Of a stretch of DNA of 57,505 bases, positions 9,257 through 18,549 are shown piece by piece. This DNA is from an uncultured Bacteroidales bacterium. GTDB lineage: Bacteria > Bacteroidota > Bacteroidia > Bacteroidales > Bacteroidaceae. The notes under the pieces were generated by a model that was not told the origin of the DNA, searched no databases, and worked only from the letters and a program-made list of their open reading frames with translations. The translations under genes and the position numbers were made by a program. The DNA lies in assembly GCA_945828345.1 (NCBI GenBank), contig CALZRA010000001.1, positions 1 to 57,505 on the forward strand. Direction: 5' to 3'. Each line of letters begins with the position of its first letter. Position 1 is the stretch's first letter.

Positions 9257-9544
9257 TCAACGAGTGTGTTTGGCGGCCCCGATGAAAAGCATCAGCAGGC
9301 AGGCCCGCCACCCCAGACCCAGGGGCAAGGGCGAAAGCAGCAAGGTGAGGAGGAACTGTGCGTAGAGGTAGTAAACGGCTTGGCGGCTGCTCACCTTGCT
9401 GTCGAGCAGGGCGGAGTAGAGTGCAGCCAGTCTGTTCATCAGTCGGGTTTGTTCCAGTCGTTCTGTGAGGCGGTCGATGAGACTCAGCGGGGCGAAACCC
9501 GTGGGGGAGCTTGTGCGGTTCAGGGCCATTCCATTCTTTTCCAT
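9257..9544 (-). CDS. Small hypothetical membrane protein (95 aa, two C-terminal hydrophobic segments)
   Basis: ORF bounded by its own promoter-like element and terminator; hydrophobic YYLYAQFLLTLLLSPL and RACLLMLFIGAA. Confidence 0.65.
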   Translation of the reverse strand: MEKNGMALNRTSSPTGFAPLSLIDRLTERLEQTRLMNRLAALYSALLDSKVSSRQAVYYLYAQFLLTLLLSPLPLGLGWRACLLMLFIGAAKHTR

Positions 9545-9584
9545 AGCAAAGAGATTTTGTAGTTGATGTTCTCGTTATCTGGTG

Positions 9585-9619
9585 CAAAGGAACGGCCTGT
9601 TTGTGCCAGTTTGCGGCAC
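9585..9619 (-). promoter_or_regulatory. Weak -7 element plus GTGCC-N7-GGCAC palindrome (candidate WYL-regulator site)
   Basis: Minus-strand TTCCTTTG(CA) at 9585-9592; GTGCC (9603-9607), AGTTTGC, GGCAC (9615-9619) over the -33 region. Confidence 0.5.
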
Positions 9620-9637
9620 TTCAAATTTTTCTGTGTT

Positions 9638-9683
9638 AAAAAGCGAGCGGCACGCAGCCTGTGGGGAGGGCTGCGTGCCGCTT
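9638..9683 (-). terminator. Intrinsic terminator after the WYL gene
   Basis: 14-bp stem AGCGGCACGCAGCC / GGCTGCGTGCCGCT followed by CGCTTTTT on the minus strand. Confidence 0.7.
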
Positions 9684-9694
9684 GTCGGTGTGGG

Positions 9695-10594
9695 TCAACG
9701 TTGGGCAAGTTGCGCGATGCGTTGTTTCATGTATTGGTCGAACTCGGGCGAGTCGACGATTTCGATGTCGTCGTACAGCCCCAGCACGAAGCGGCCGATG
9801 CCGGCGTAGTTACACACCTCTGTGGTGAGCAGGTATTTCCCGTCGGGCTGTTGTTCGAGTTGCCGCTGGGCATCGGGATATTCTTCGAGCAGGATAGAGG
9901 CCGAGAGCTGTCCCAGCAGGAGCTTGACCGGCAGGTGTTCGCCGCCCGTAAAGCCGAACAGGTCGTTGTAGAAGGGCGTGTGCTCGTTTTTGTGCGACCA
10001 CAGCAGGTCGAGCAGCTCCACGCGTTCGGCGCGGCTCACCTTGAAGGTCTTGTTGGTGTTGGTGGCCAGTTCGTAGCAGCGCACTTCGGCATTGTCGTTG
10101 ATGAACAGGTAAGGCTCGACAATGCGGTTGCTCACCGTGCCGCTCGAAGGCGAGTTATAGTTGCGCAGCAGCACGACGCGCTCTGACCGTATGGCATCGA
10201 ACAGCCGGGTGATGTTCTGCGCCATCTGGTTGTTGAGTCCATGACGGGCCAGCACGCCGCTGTCATACAGGTTTGACAGCTTGTCGCGCAGGGCACGCAC
10301 TTGGGGCGAGCGGCTGTATATTGAGTTGACCAGCTGGCTGAGCAGTACGCCCTCATCGTCGGAGAATTGCAGTCCGCTGGCAATTTCCTGGAAGAAGGGT
10401 GACTGATGGTCGAGCCGGTATTTGTTGCCCTCTTTGATGACTATGAAGCCGAGCCCCTTGAAGGTGTCAAGATAGCGGTACACTGAGCGGCGGCTCATCG
10501 CGAGCTGCTGACAGATGTCGTCAATGTTGAGCGTGCGGTTCTGGGTGAGCATCACCATGAGCCGCAGCTGGCGTGAGAATTTTTCAAGTTCCAT
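9695..10594 (-). CDS. wHTH-WYL(-WCX) transcriptional regulator (YafY/PafBC/DriD-like)
   Basis: N-terminal HTH (LAMSRRSVYRYLDTF) and WYL-domain pattern (YNSPSSGTVSNRIVEPY...KTFKVSR). Confidence 0.85.
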   Translation of the reverse strand: MELEKFSRQLRLMVMLTQNRTLNIDDICQQLAMSRRSVYRYLDTFKGLGFIVIKEGNKYRLDHQSPFFQEIASGLQFSDDEGVLLSQLVNSIYSRSPQVRALRDKLSNLYDSGVLARHGLNNQMAQNITRLFDAIRSERVVLLRNYNSPSSGTVSNRIVEPYLFINDNAEVRCYELATNTNKTFKVSRAERVELLDLLWSHKNEHTPFYNDLFGFTGGEHLPVKLLLGQLSASILLEEYPDAQRQLEQQPDGKYLLTTEVCNYAGIGRFVLGLYDDIEIVDSPEFDQYMKQRIAQLAQR

Positions 10595-10836
10595 ATAGAT
10601 GAATGTATGTCCAGTTCACGGTTGAGGCTGCGAATTTACACAAAGAAATGTAATTGATGAGCAGAAATCTGCATGTTGCAGCTAAAAAACGACGTATTTA
10701 AGCCTTTTTATTGCTCCTGCTTCTCTGGCATATTGCCGAAAGGCGTACTTTAGCCGATGCGATGGTACCGCAGCCGGGCGCAGGTTCTGTCCCGAAAGCC
10801 GTCTGCTGCCATACGCCTCATCTTAAAGAAGGAACT

Positions 10837-11841
10837 ATGCCCCGAATAGCCCGAAACATATTCATGCTGCTTGCCTCCACCTTGCTCGGACTGGGACTGA
10901 TGTGGTGGATTTACCGTGGGTTCAACGCCTCCCAACTGTTTGAGGTGTTCACCCAGCGTTCCAACTACTTGTTTATCGTCTTGGCGCTGGCAGCCGGCGT
11001 GCTGGCCAATGTGCTGCGCTCCTGGCGTTGGCGCATGCTGCTCAGTTCGGCCCGCATCGACATCACCATGCGCCGGGCCGTCGAACTGGTGTTCATCTCC
11101 TATTTAATCAATAGCGTCACGCCCCGTTTGGGCGAGCTGACCCGTTCGCTCTTGGTGCGCCGCGGCGATGCCGAAGTGTCGACGCGGGCATTAGGCACGG
11201 TCGTAGTGGAGAAACTGGCCGATGTGGGCTGCCTGATAGTCGTGGCCGGCTTGGCCGTCACGCTGCGGTGGAGTGCTACTGTCGGCCTGGTGCAGCGGCT
11301 GGGCGACGGCCTGACCTGGGCCGTGCCGAACTACACCTTTTATATAGCGGTGGGCAGCGCGGTATGTCTGTTGGTGGGCATCAGTTTCCCCTTGTGGCCT
11401 CACATCCGCCGCTTTGTGCGTAACCTGTGGCAGGGCATGGCCGCCATTGCCCGTCTGCAAAGTCCGTTGGCCTTCTTGGCGCTCAGTGCCGGCATCTGGG
11501 CGTGTAACTTCATGCAGCTCTACTGGCTGTTGCCCTGCTTCGACAGTCTGTCAGCCATCGGCATGGCCGACCTGCTCCACGTCTTTGCAGCTGCCAGTGT
11601 GGGCGTGTTGCTGCCCACTCCCGCCGGTGCCGGCCCTTGGCACTTTGCCATCGTCAAGACCCTGACGGGAGCCTACGGCGTAGAGAAGGCTGCGGCCCAG
11701 ACCTTTGCCCTGATTTCGCACGGACTCAAGACCGCCTTGGTCATGCTGCTCGGACTGATGGCCTACGTCAGCTTCTTGGCTAACCAGGTGAGCCGTGGAA
11801 GGCAACACAGAGCCGCAGAGAAAAGCCAACGAGAAATATAG
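10837..11841 (+). CDS. Lysylphosphatidylglycerol synthase TM / flippase-like membrane protein (UPF0104 type)
   Basis: LRSWRWRMLL, INSVTPRLGELTR, LGTVVVEK, PTPAGAGPWH; multiple TM helices; start taken at MPRIARN. Confidence 0.85.
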   Translation: MPRIARNIFMLLASTLLGLGLMWWIYRGFNASQLFEVFTQRSNYLFIVLALAAGVLANVLRSWRWRMLLSSARIDITMRRAVELVFISYLINSVTPRLGELTRSLLVRRGDAEVSTRALGTVVVEKLADVGCLIVVAGLAVTLRWSATVGLVQRLGDGLTWAVPNYTFYIAVGSAVCLLVGISFPLWPHIRRFVRNLWQGMAAIARLQSPLAFLALSAGIWACNFMQLYWLLPCFDSLSAIGMADLLHVFAAASVGVLLPTPAGAGPWHFAIVKTLTGAYGVEKAAAQTFALISHGLKTALVMLLGLMAYVSFLANQVSRGRQHRAAEKSQREI

Positions 11842-11854
11842 AAAAACGTCAGAT

Positions 11855-14800
11855 ATGAAGAAAACACTCATTCTGTCCCTCTTGCTGCTGTACGCCTTGG
11901 GCCTGTCCGCCCAAAGCTATTCGAACCTCTGGAAAAAAGTTGAAGCCGCCGATCGTGCCGACCGGCCGCAAACGGCCCTGTCGCTCTGTCGCGACCTGCG
12001 CACCAAGGCCCTGCGCGAAGGCAACGACGCCCAACTGCTGAAGGCCACGCTGATGTGTCGCCTGTACGGCGGAGCCATTTCGCCCGATTCGGCCCTCACC
12101 TATATCGACCGCATGGAAACGGCCTTGGCCGCCGAAACGCGTGGGGTGACCTGCGCCTTGTGGCACGCCGCCCTGGCCTGTACCTATTTGCCGGCCAACA
12201 ACCGCTATGGCACGCTGGGCGGCATGACAGCCGAGGAGATGCGGCAGCGCAGCCGCCAGCATTTCCTGTCCTCGCTCGCTGCCCCCGATGTGCTGGCCCA
12301 AACGCGGGCCGACCAGTATCTGCCTTTATTTAATAAAGGAGTGGACAGCCGCTATTTCGACTACGACCTGCTCCACGTGCTGGCCGAAACCTGCCGGCAG
12401 AGCGGTGTGCTCAGCGATGAGGAGGTGGGCGCGCTGTATGGAAGGCAGATAGCCGTCTACGACAGCCTGGACCGTGCCGAAGCCGTGCTGCTGCTCACCC
12501 TCGACAGCCTGCAACTTCATGTCGGAACCCAACGCATCGAGGGTCCGCTGGCTGACCACCCCCTGTACCGTCAGCTGGCAGACTGTGAAGCGCGCTTCGC
12601 CCATTGCGAAAACCGCTACCGCGTGTACGAATCAATGATGAAGCTTCGCTATCGCTATGAGGCCGAATCGCCCTTTGCCGTGGCCAACGACAGTCTGTTG
12701 CTCGCCAAGGCGCAGTTGGGAATCGCCTTGCTCGGCAAGGACAAACGTGCCGGCTGCTTGCGCGGTGAGGTGCAGGATATGCTGAACCCTACAGCCCGCC
12801 TGACAGGGTGGGGCACGCTCTACTATCCGGCCGACACGCTGACCTTGCAGCTCTCGGCCCGCCACCTGCAGCGTGTGGAGCTGCGCCTGACACGTCTCTA
12901 CGACAGCACACTCGAAGCCGACAACGCTGCCGAGCCGATTGAAAAGCGCGCCGAGCGTCTGCGCCCACAGGCCACCAGCCTGTTTCGCGACCTGCCCGCT
13001 GCGCCGTCTTACCGCTGGCAGTCCGCTTCGTGGCACGTGAAGCTGCCCGAACAGCCCGGTGTGTATGCAGCCCAGCTCGTAGGCGACGGACAGCTTCTGG
13101 CCACCCACCAGTTCCAAGTGTCGGCCTTGCGTGCCCTGACCTTCTCGGCAGGCAGCGACTACCACCGTGTTGTGGTGCTCGACAGCCGCACTGGGCGGCC
13201 TGTGCCTCATGTGCGCATTACCGCCTGCCAGCACGACATGCAAGGCAAGCTGAGGCAGGTCAAGGCTTATCAGACCGATGAGGAGGGCGTGCTGGAGCTG
13301 GGCCAGCCCTCTTCGGATGCGCGCAACAGGCAGTACTATCCCAGTCTGCCCGCCGACAAAGCATCGCCCAGCTTTGGCCTCTATCCGCTCTACTACCACC
13401 TGTCGCAGGGCGGCAACGCAGTGACAGCCTGTCAGGTAGACCTGTTTGCCGACCGCGCCATCTACCGTCCGGGCCAGGTGGTGCACTTTTCGGGAGTGGT
13501 CTATACGCGACAGGGCGATCATTGTCAGGCCGTGCCCAACTACAGCTGTGTCGTCCGGCTCTACAATGTCAGCCGCAAGGCTGTTGACAGCCTGTTGGTC
13601 TGCACTGACCGGCTGGGTAACTTCGGCGGCAGCTTCACTCTGCCTGCCGTGTGTTTGCCGGGCACTTTTACCTTGCAGACCGAAGACTTGGGGAATCAGC
13701 AGGGCGCACTCCTTTCTGACGGCGTGCCCGTCACGATGCGTCGCGGCTGGTTGGGCATTCAGGTCGAGGAATACAAGCGGCCCACTTTTACCGCCGAAAC
13801 GAAGCCCGTGGAGCAAGCCTTTGTGTTGGGCGACACCGTACGCGTACAGGGCGAAGCCCTTACCTATACCCGTGTGCCTGTGGCCGGCGCTTTGGTGCAG
13901 TACACCGTGCAGCGGCTGGCAGGCGGTTATTGGCCGCATACCGGCATGTCCCACACGGTGGCCGACACCACCCATACCGACGAACGGGGCGGCTTTGTCC
14001 TGCCTGTCTTCCTTTCCGTTCCTTCTTCTCCCGACACGGAGGTGCCTCTGGCGGGCTACCGCTATGTGGTGCGCTACACGGTGACTGCTGCTCAGGGCGA
14101 GACAGCCCAGGGCGAGTTTACCCTGCGTGCCTCGCGCCGCAAGGTATGGATAGAGCCGCAGGTGCCCAAGGTCATCTGCCGCGAACACATTTCTGATTGG
14201 GTGGTAGAACAGACCAATGCGGCGGGACAATCGCTTCGGGAGACGGGCCGTTACCGTCTGCTCGATGCCGCAGGGTGTGAAGTCTGGGCCGACACGTTCC
14301 GCACGGCCCGTCCTTTCCGTCCTTCCGCACTGGCCTCCTTGCCTTCGGGCATCTACACCTTCTGCTGTTCCACGCCCTCAGGCGGCGAGTCCGACAGCCT
14401 GCACTTTGTGCTCATGTCCGAGACAGACAGCCGTCCGGCCGACCGCAGCACGCCGCTCTATGTCTATCAGCGACTGGGAACGCGGGCTTCCAGTACGCAG
14501 CAGGAATCTCATACAGCCTGGCTCCAGATCGGCACTCCCTTGCGCGATGCCACCCTTTTCTATGACCTTGTCACCACAGCCGGACGAGTGGACCGCCGCA
14601 TCTATCATCTCACCGACACGCTGCTCACCTTCCAGCTTGACTGGCAACCGGCATGGGGCGACTGTGCCACGGCTTGTTTCGCTTTGGTGCGCGACGGAAA
14701 GCTCCACACCTTCCAGACCACCGTCTCCAAACCCGAACCTGATCGGCGGCTGAAGGTGGAATACGCCAGCTTCCGTTCGCGCTTGCAGCCGGGTAGCAGC

Positions 14801-17557
14801 GAAACGTGGCGGTTGCGCATTACGCATCCCGACGGCACACCGGCCGATGCCTCGCTGCTGGCACGTATCTACGATGCTTCGCTCGATGCCCTCACCAGCT
14901 CCAACTGGCAGTTCTCGTCACTCGGGGTCAGCAGGCAGCGGCCCGCCTTGCGCTGGTCGTGGCAGCCCAACGGGACTGGCTGGGCGCAGACGCTCGAAGG
15001 GGCTTTTGACTGGCAGCGTCCGGCTTGCGTGTCGCCAGAGTTCATGCAGTGGGACGAACGGCTCTTTGCCTCCCCGCGCGGGGGACGCATAGGGTGGGGC
15101 GTAAAGGAAGGGCTGATGCGCCGACAGTATGCCGTGTCCTCGAATGCGCCGGTCGTTGACCTGGCCGAGTGTGTCGTGGCCGATGAGGCCGGAGGTGCAT
15201 CCATGAAAAAGGCTGCCCCGACAGCATCTGCCGAGACAGCCCATGAGGCGGGTCCCATTGTAACGGTCCGTTCGCAGTTTCAGGAAACGGCCTGCTTCCG
15301 CCCGGCCCTCCACACCGATGCCCGGGGCGAAGTGACTTTGCAGTTTACATGGCCCGAGAGCGTCACTCGTTGGCGTTTCACGGCCTTGGCCCACGATGTG
15401 GCGATGAACCACGGAAGTATCGACACTACCTTGGTGGTGCGCAAGTTGCTCATGGCCCAACTGTCACTGCCGCGCTTTGTGCGGGCTGCCGACCGCGTGC
15501 AGCTGCCTGTTACGGTGACGAACTTGACCGACTCCGCGCAGCAGGCCCGCGTCTGCCTCACTGTGGCGCAGGCCGCGTGGCCCGACAGTGTGCTCTTCAC
15601 TTCCCTCCAGACGGTCTGTCTGCAACCCGGCGAAGCGCGTACCGTCTATGCCGAGTTCCAATTTTCGTTTGCCGAGGCCTCCTTGCTCGTGTGCCGGGCT
15701 GTGGCACAGTCTGGTGCGTACAGCGATGGCGAGGAACGTTTGTTGCCTGTACTTTCGCCCACGGTGCAGCTCACCCGCACCCTTCCCTTCAGCCTGCATG
15801 GCCGCGAAGTGGGCGAATGGCGCATCGACAGCCTTTTCCCGCTGTCTGCCCAGCCGCTCAGCCTCACCGTCGAAACTTCTGCCCAGCCGCTGTGGTATGC
15901 GCTGGGTGCACTGCCCTCATTGGCCGGGACGCCCCGCATCATCAGTGCGACTGAATGGGGCAACCGCTATTACGCCTTGGCCTTGGCTCAGGCACTGGCC
16001 AAGCAGCATCCTGAGATTTGTCAGTGGTTGAATGCTTTCCCAGCCGAGGCTGACACGTTGGCCCGCCTCAAGGAAGCGTTGCTCACCGATCTTACGCCTT
16101 GGTGGCAGGCCGGACAGGCTGAGGCGCAGCGCATACGTTCCTTGCGCGGCTTGTTTGACGAAGAGACTGCCGCCGCCCACCGCTATACGGCTCTCGACCA
16201 ATTACGCAGCTTGCAGTTGTCCGACGGTTCTTGGAGCTGGTATCGCGGTATGAAGGGCCATGCCAGCATTACGGTCGAAGTGGCCACCCTGTTGGCCCGT
16301 GTCGAGCAGTTGGCAGGTTCCGATCCTTCTGCCCATGCCATGTTAGCTTCAGCCTGCCGTTGGTTGCAGGGCGAGACGGCCCGCCAGGTGAGCCGGATGA
16401 AACAGCGCGAGGCCCAGAGCCATGTGCAGTGCGAGCCTACCGAATGGCAGTTGCGCTATCTGTATTTGCGTGCCTTGTTGGGACTGAAGCCCGATGCTGA
16501 TGCCCGCTATCTCATGACGCGCGCTGTGCCCTTGCGTCATCGCCTCACGATCTATGGAAAGGCTCTGGCTGTCAGGGTATTGCAGCAGGCGGGCCAGACG
16601 GACCGGGCTGCCGAGGTGTTGCAAAGCCTGCGCGAATACACGGTCAGCACGCCCGAAATGGGCTGCTACTTCGACAGTCCGCGTGCCGAATGGTCGGACG
16701 CAGCCTATCGCATTCCCACGCAGTGTGCTGCCATCGAAGCCTTCGAGGCAGCGGGCGACACGGTCATGTCACAGGCCATGCGTCTCTGGCTGTTACAGGC
16801 TAAGCGCACGCAGCAGTGGGACACGCCCTTGGCTACAGCCGATGCCGTGTGGAATTTGTTGCATCACCGCCCGCTCACGCAAGGAGCTGCGTTGGACTAC
16901 ACGATCAGCCAGCAGGGGAACCCGGTTGCCAATAGTACGAAAGTTCATGTGTCTTTGCCCGCATCCATGGGCTATGTGCGTCAGGTATACCAGACCGAAG
17001 CGCCGGACACCGCTTTGTGGCTGCGTCAGGCGGGCGGTGTGCCCACCTCGTTGCGGGTGACGCATCAAGGTGACGCTTTGGCTTGGGGCGGCGTTTATGC
17101 CACCAGTATCATCCCAGCCGATTCTGTATCGGTTGAGGGCAATGGGCTGCAGCTCAGGGTGCGGACTGAAGTGCTGCGCGGAACGGAATGGTTGCCTGTG
17201 TCCATGCAGACGGTGTTGCATCGGGGCGACCGTGTACGCCAGACCTTGTTGGTTCATGCCGACCGCGATTATGACTTTGTGAGCTTGTCTTCTTCGCGTC
17301 CGGCATGTATGGAACCCGTACAGCCGTTGTCTGGTTACCGCTATTCAGGTTCATTGTGGGCCTATACGGCGGTACATGACGACTGCACCGAACATTTTGT
17401 GGAGCAGCTTCACAAGGGCAATCATCGTTTGGTTGAAGAGTGGTGGGTAGACCGTGCAGGCCAATATGCTGCCGGCATCCTACGTGTAAGTTCTGTGTAT
17501 GCGCCTGAGTTTTCGGGCACGGCGCGCGGCCAGGATGTGATTGTTGAGGAGCGTTGA
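11855..17557 (+). CDS. Bacterial alpha-2-macroglobulin family protein
   Basis: Signal peptide MKKTLIL, FADRAIYRPGQ (MG2), VEEYKRPTF, VRSQFQETA...PESVTRWR, LPRFVRAAD, QLSDGSWSW, VYAPEF. Confidence 0.92.
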   Translation: MKKTLILSLLLLYALGLSAQSYSNLWKKVEAADRADRPQTALSLCRDLRTKALREGNDAQLLKATLMCRLYGGAISPDSALTYIDRMETALAAETRGVTCALWHAALACTYLPANNRYGTLGGMTAEEMRQRSRQHFLSSLAAPDVLAQTRADQYLPLFNKGVDSRYFDYDLLHVLAETCRQSGVLSDEEVGALYGRQIAVYDSLDRAEAVLLLTLDSLQLHVGTQRIEGPLADHPLYRQLADCEARFAHCENRYRVYESMMKLRYRYEAESPFAVANDSLLLAKAQLGIALLGKDKRAGCLRGEVQDMLNPTARLTGWGTLYYPADTLTLQLSARHLQRVELRLTRLYDSTLEADNAAEPIEKRAERLRPQATSLFRDLPAAPSYRWQSASWHVKLPEQPGVYAAQLVGDGQLLATHQFQVSALRALTFSAGSDYHRVVVLDSRTGRPVPHVRITACQHDMQGKLRQVKAYQTDEEGVLELGQPSSDARNRQYYPSLPADKASPSFGLYPLYYHLSQGGNAVTACQVDLFADRAIYRPGQVVHFSGVVYTRQGDHCQAVPNYSCVVRLYNVSRKAVDSLLVCTDRLGNFGGSFTLPAVCLPGTFTLQTEDLGNQQGALLSDGVPVTMRRGWLGIQVEEYKRPTFTAETKPVEQAFVLGDTVRVQGEALTYTRVPVAGALVQYTVQRLAGGYWPHTGMSHTVADTTHTDERGGFVLPVFLSVPSSPDTEVPLAGYRYVVRYTVTAAQGETAQGEFTLRASRRKVWIEPQVPKVICREHISDWVVEQTNAAGQSLRETGRYRLLDAAGCEVWADTFRTARPFRPSALASLPSGIYTFCCSTPSGGESDSLHFVLMSETDSRPADRSTPLYVYQRLGTRASSTQQESHTAWLQIGTPLRDATLFYDLVTTAGRVDRRIYHLTDTLLTFQLDWQPAWGDCATACFALVRDGKLHTFQTTVSKPEPDRRLKVEYASFRSRLQPGSSETWRLRITHPDGTPADASLLARIYDASLDALTSSNWQFSSLGVSRQRPALRWSWQPNGTGWAQTLEGAFDWQRPACVSPEFMQWDERLFASPRGGRIGWGVKEGLMRRQYAVSSNAPVVDLAECVVADEAGGASMKKAAPTASAETAHEAGPIVTVRSQFQETACFRPALHTDARGEVTLQFTWPESVTRWRFTALAHDVAMNHGSIDTTLVVRKLLMAQLSLPRFVRAADRVQLPVTVTNLTDSAQQARVCLTVAQAAWPDSVLFTSLQTVCLQPGEARTVYAEFQFSFAEASLLVCRAVAQSGAYSDGEERLLPVLSPTVQLTRTLPFSLHGREVGEWRIDSLFPLSAQPLSLTVETSAQPLWYALGALPSLAGTPRIISATEWGNRYYALALAQALAKQHPEICQWLNAFPAEADTLARLKEALLTDLTPWWQAGQAEAQRIRSLRGLFDEETAAAHRYTALDQLRSLQLSDGSWSWYRGMKGHASITVEVATLLARVEQLAGSDPSAHAMLASACRWLQGETARQVSRMKQREAQSHVQCEPTEWQLRYLYLRALLGLKPDADARYLMTRAVPLRHRLTIYGKALAVRVLQQAGQTDRAAEVLQSLREYTVSTPEMGCYFDSPRAEWSDAAYRIPTQCAAIEAFEAAGDTVMSQAMRLWLLQAKRTQQWDTPLATADAVWNLLHHRPLTQGAALDYTISQQGNPVANSTKVHVSLPASMGYVRQVYQTEAPDTALWLRQAGGVPTSLRVTHQGDALAWGGVYATSIIPADSVSVEGNGLQLRVRTEVLRGTEWLPVSMQTVLHRGDRVRQTLLVHADRDYDFVSLSSSRPACMEPVQPLSGYRYSGSLWAYTAVHDDCTEHFVEQLHKGNHRLVEEWWVDRAGQYAAGILRVSSVYAPEFSGTARGQDVIVEER

Positions 17558-17560
17558 GGA

Positions 17561-17640
17561 GGGGCTGGAAGGTCCGGATTATCCGGATACTCCGGATTCT
17601 CCGGATACTCCGGCTTATCCGGCCTCTCCGGCCTTCCCCG
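17561..17640. repeat. 9-bp-period TCCGG(A/C)nnn repeat island
   Basis: tccggatta tccggatac tccggattc tccggatac tccggctta tccggcctc tccggcctt; overlaps the last codons of the four-helix-bundle gene. Confidence 0.85.
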
Positions 17641-18337
17641 CTAACTTCGCCTTGAGCACTTCTATCTCTCGTTGTTGTGAGGCAATCTGTGCTTTGAGCT
17701 GGTTGATTTCCTGTTCTTGTCGGGCTATAATCTGTTTTTGCGTGCCGCGCATATCCAGGCGGGCGGCGGTCATGCGTTCCCTGATGCCTCCTTCTTCTAC
17801 AAACTCGCGGTCACGCTTGGCCAAGAATGTGGTCAGGGCCTTGTCTACCATGTGACACAGACAGATGGCGAGGTTGGCCATTTCTTCATCGCTCCACTGC
17901 GCAAAGAAGCGGCGGTAGTCGCGTTCATCGCTGTGCGTCCGGCAGTAGTCCCTCATTTTGGTGTATCTTGCCAGATTGTCCTTGGCCCATTCAGGTATGC
18001 CGTGTTGTTTGATATAGTCTTGGTAGTCCTCTAACAGTTCTTTGTTGCTGCCTTTGGCAATTCCCAGCAGTTTCATCTCTACTTCAAATGACGTTTGTCC
18101 GTCAGTGAACCCTTCCACGATATTTTGTTTGACGGAGCGGGCCGCTTGTACCATTTGGTCTACGGTGCGGTCTCCATAAGGTGGCAGGAAGCGTTCGCAG
18201 AAGGCTTTTGTCAGCTGCACCAGTACATCGCTCTTGCGGTAGAAGTGAAGTTCCTGGTAAACTGTCGGCTTGCGCATCACACTCGGCGTGCCGTCGGGAT
18301 AATGTTGCAGCGGAATGTCCTTGCTCCTGTGTTCCAT
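17615..18337 (-). CDS. Four-helix-bundle protein (IVP/Avd-like superfamily) with suffix domain
   Basis: YQELHFY, DRTVDQMVQAARSVKQNIVEG, ELLEDYQDY, suffix FVEEGGIRERMTAAR, C-terminal coiled coil. Confidence 0.88.
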   Translation of the reverse strand: MEHRSKDIPLQHYPDGTPSVMRKPTVYQELHFYRKSDVLVQLTKAFCERFLPPYGDRTVDQMVQAARSVKQNIVEGFTDGQTSFEVEMKLLGIAKGSNKELLEDYQDYIKQHGIPEWAKDNLARYTKMRDYCRTHSDERDYRRFFAQWSDEEMANLAICLCHMVDKALTTFLAKRDREFVEEGGIRERMTAARLDMRGTQKQIIARQEQEINQLKAQIASQQREIEVLKAKLAGKAGEAG

Positions 18338-18409
18338 GGGGTTCGCGTTAACTTTAGGCGCGAATATATGGAGAAATCAGGAAGCAAGCGCATTCCGCTG
18401 CTGTTTTTA

Positions 18410-18549
18410 GGGGGAGAGGGTGGATTTTCTGGAGTTTCAGGACTTTCTGGGTTGTCTGGATAGTCCGGATTATCCGGATTATCTGGATTATCCGGCCTAT
18501 CTGGACTATCCGGCCTTTCCGGCCTTTCCGGCCTTCCCGGCTCTCTCCG
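18410..18549. repeat. 9-bp-period TC(C/T)GG(A/C)nnn repeat island
   Basis: About 13 degenerate units between ggggagaggg and ctctctcc, directly after the stop of the giant gene. Confidence 0.85.

Noticed and set aside
12632-14230. 532-aa minus-strand ORF and similar long antisense ORFs over argG, ftsH and the sulfatase
   Set aside because: They overlap well-supported genes on the opposite strand, have no motifs, and are expected in GC-rich coding DNA.
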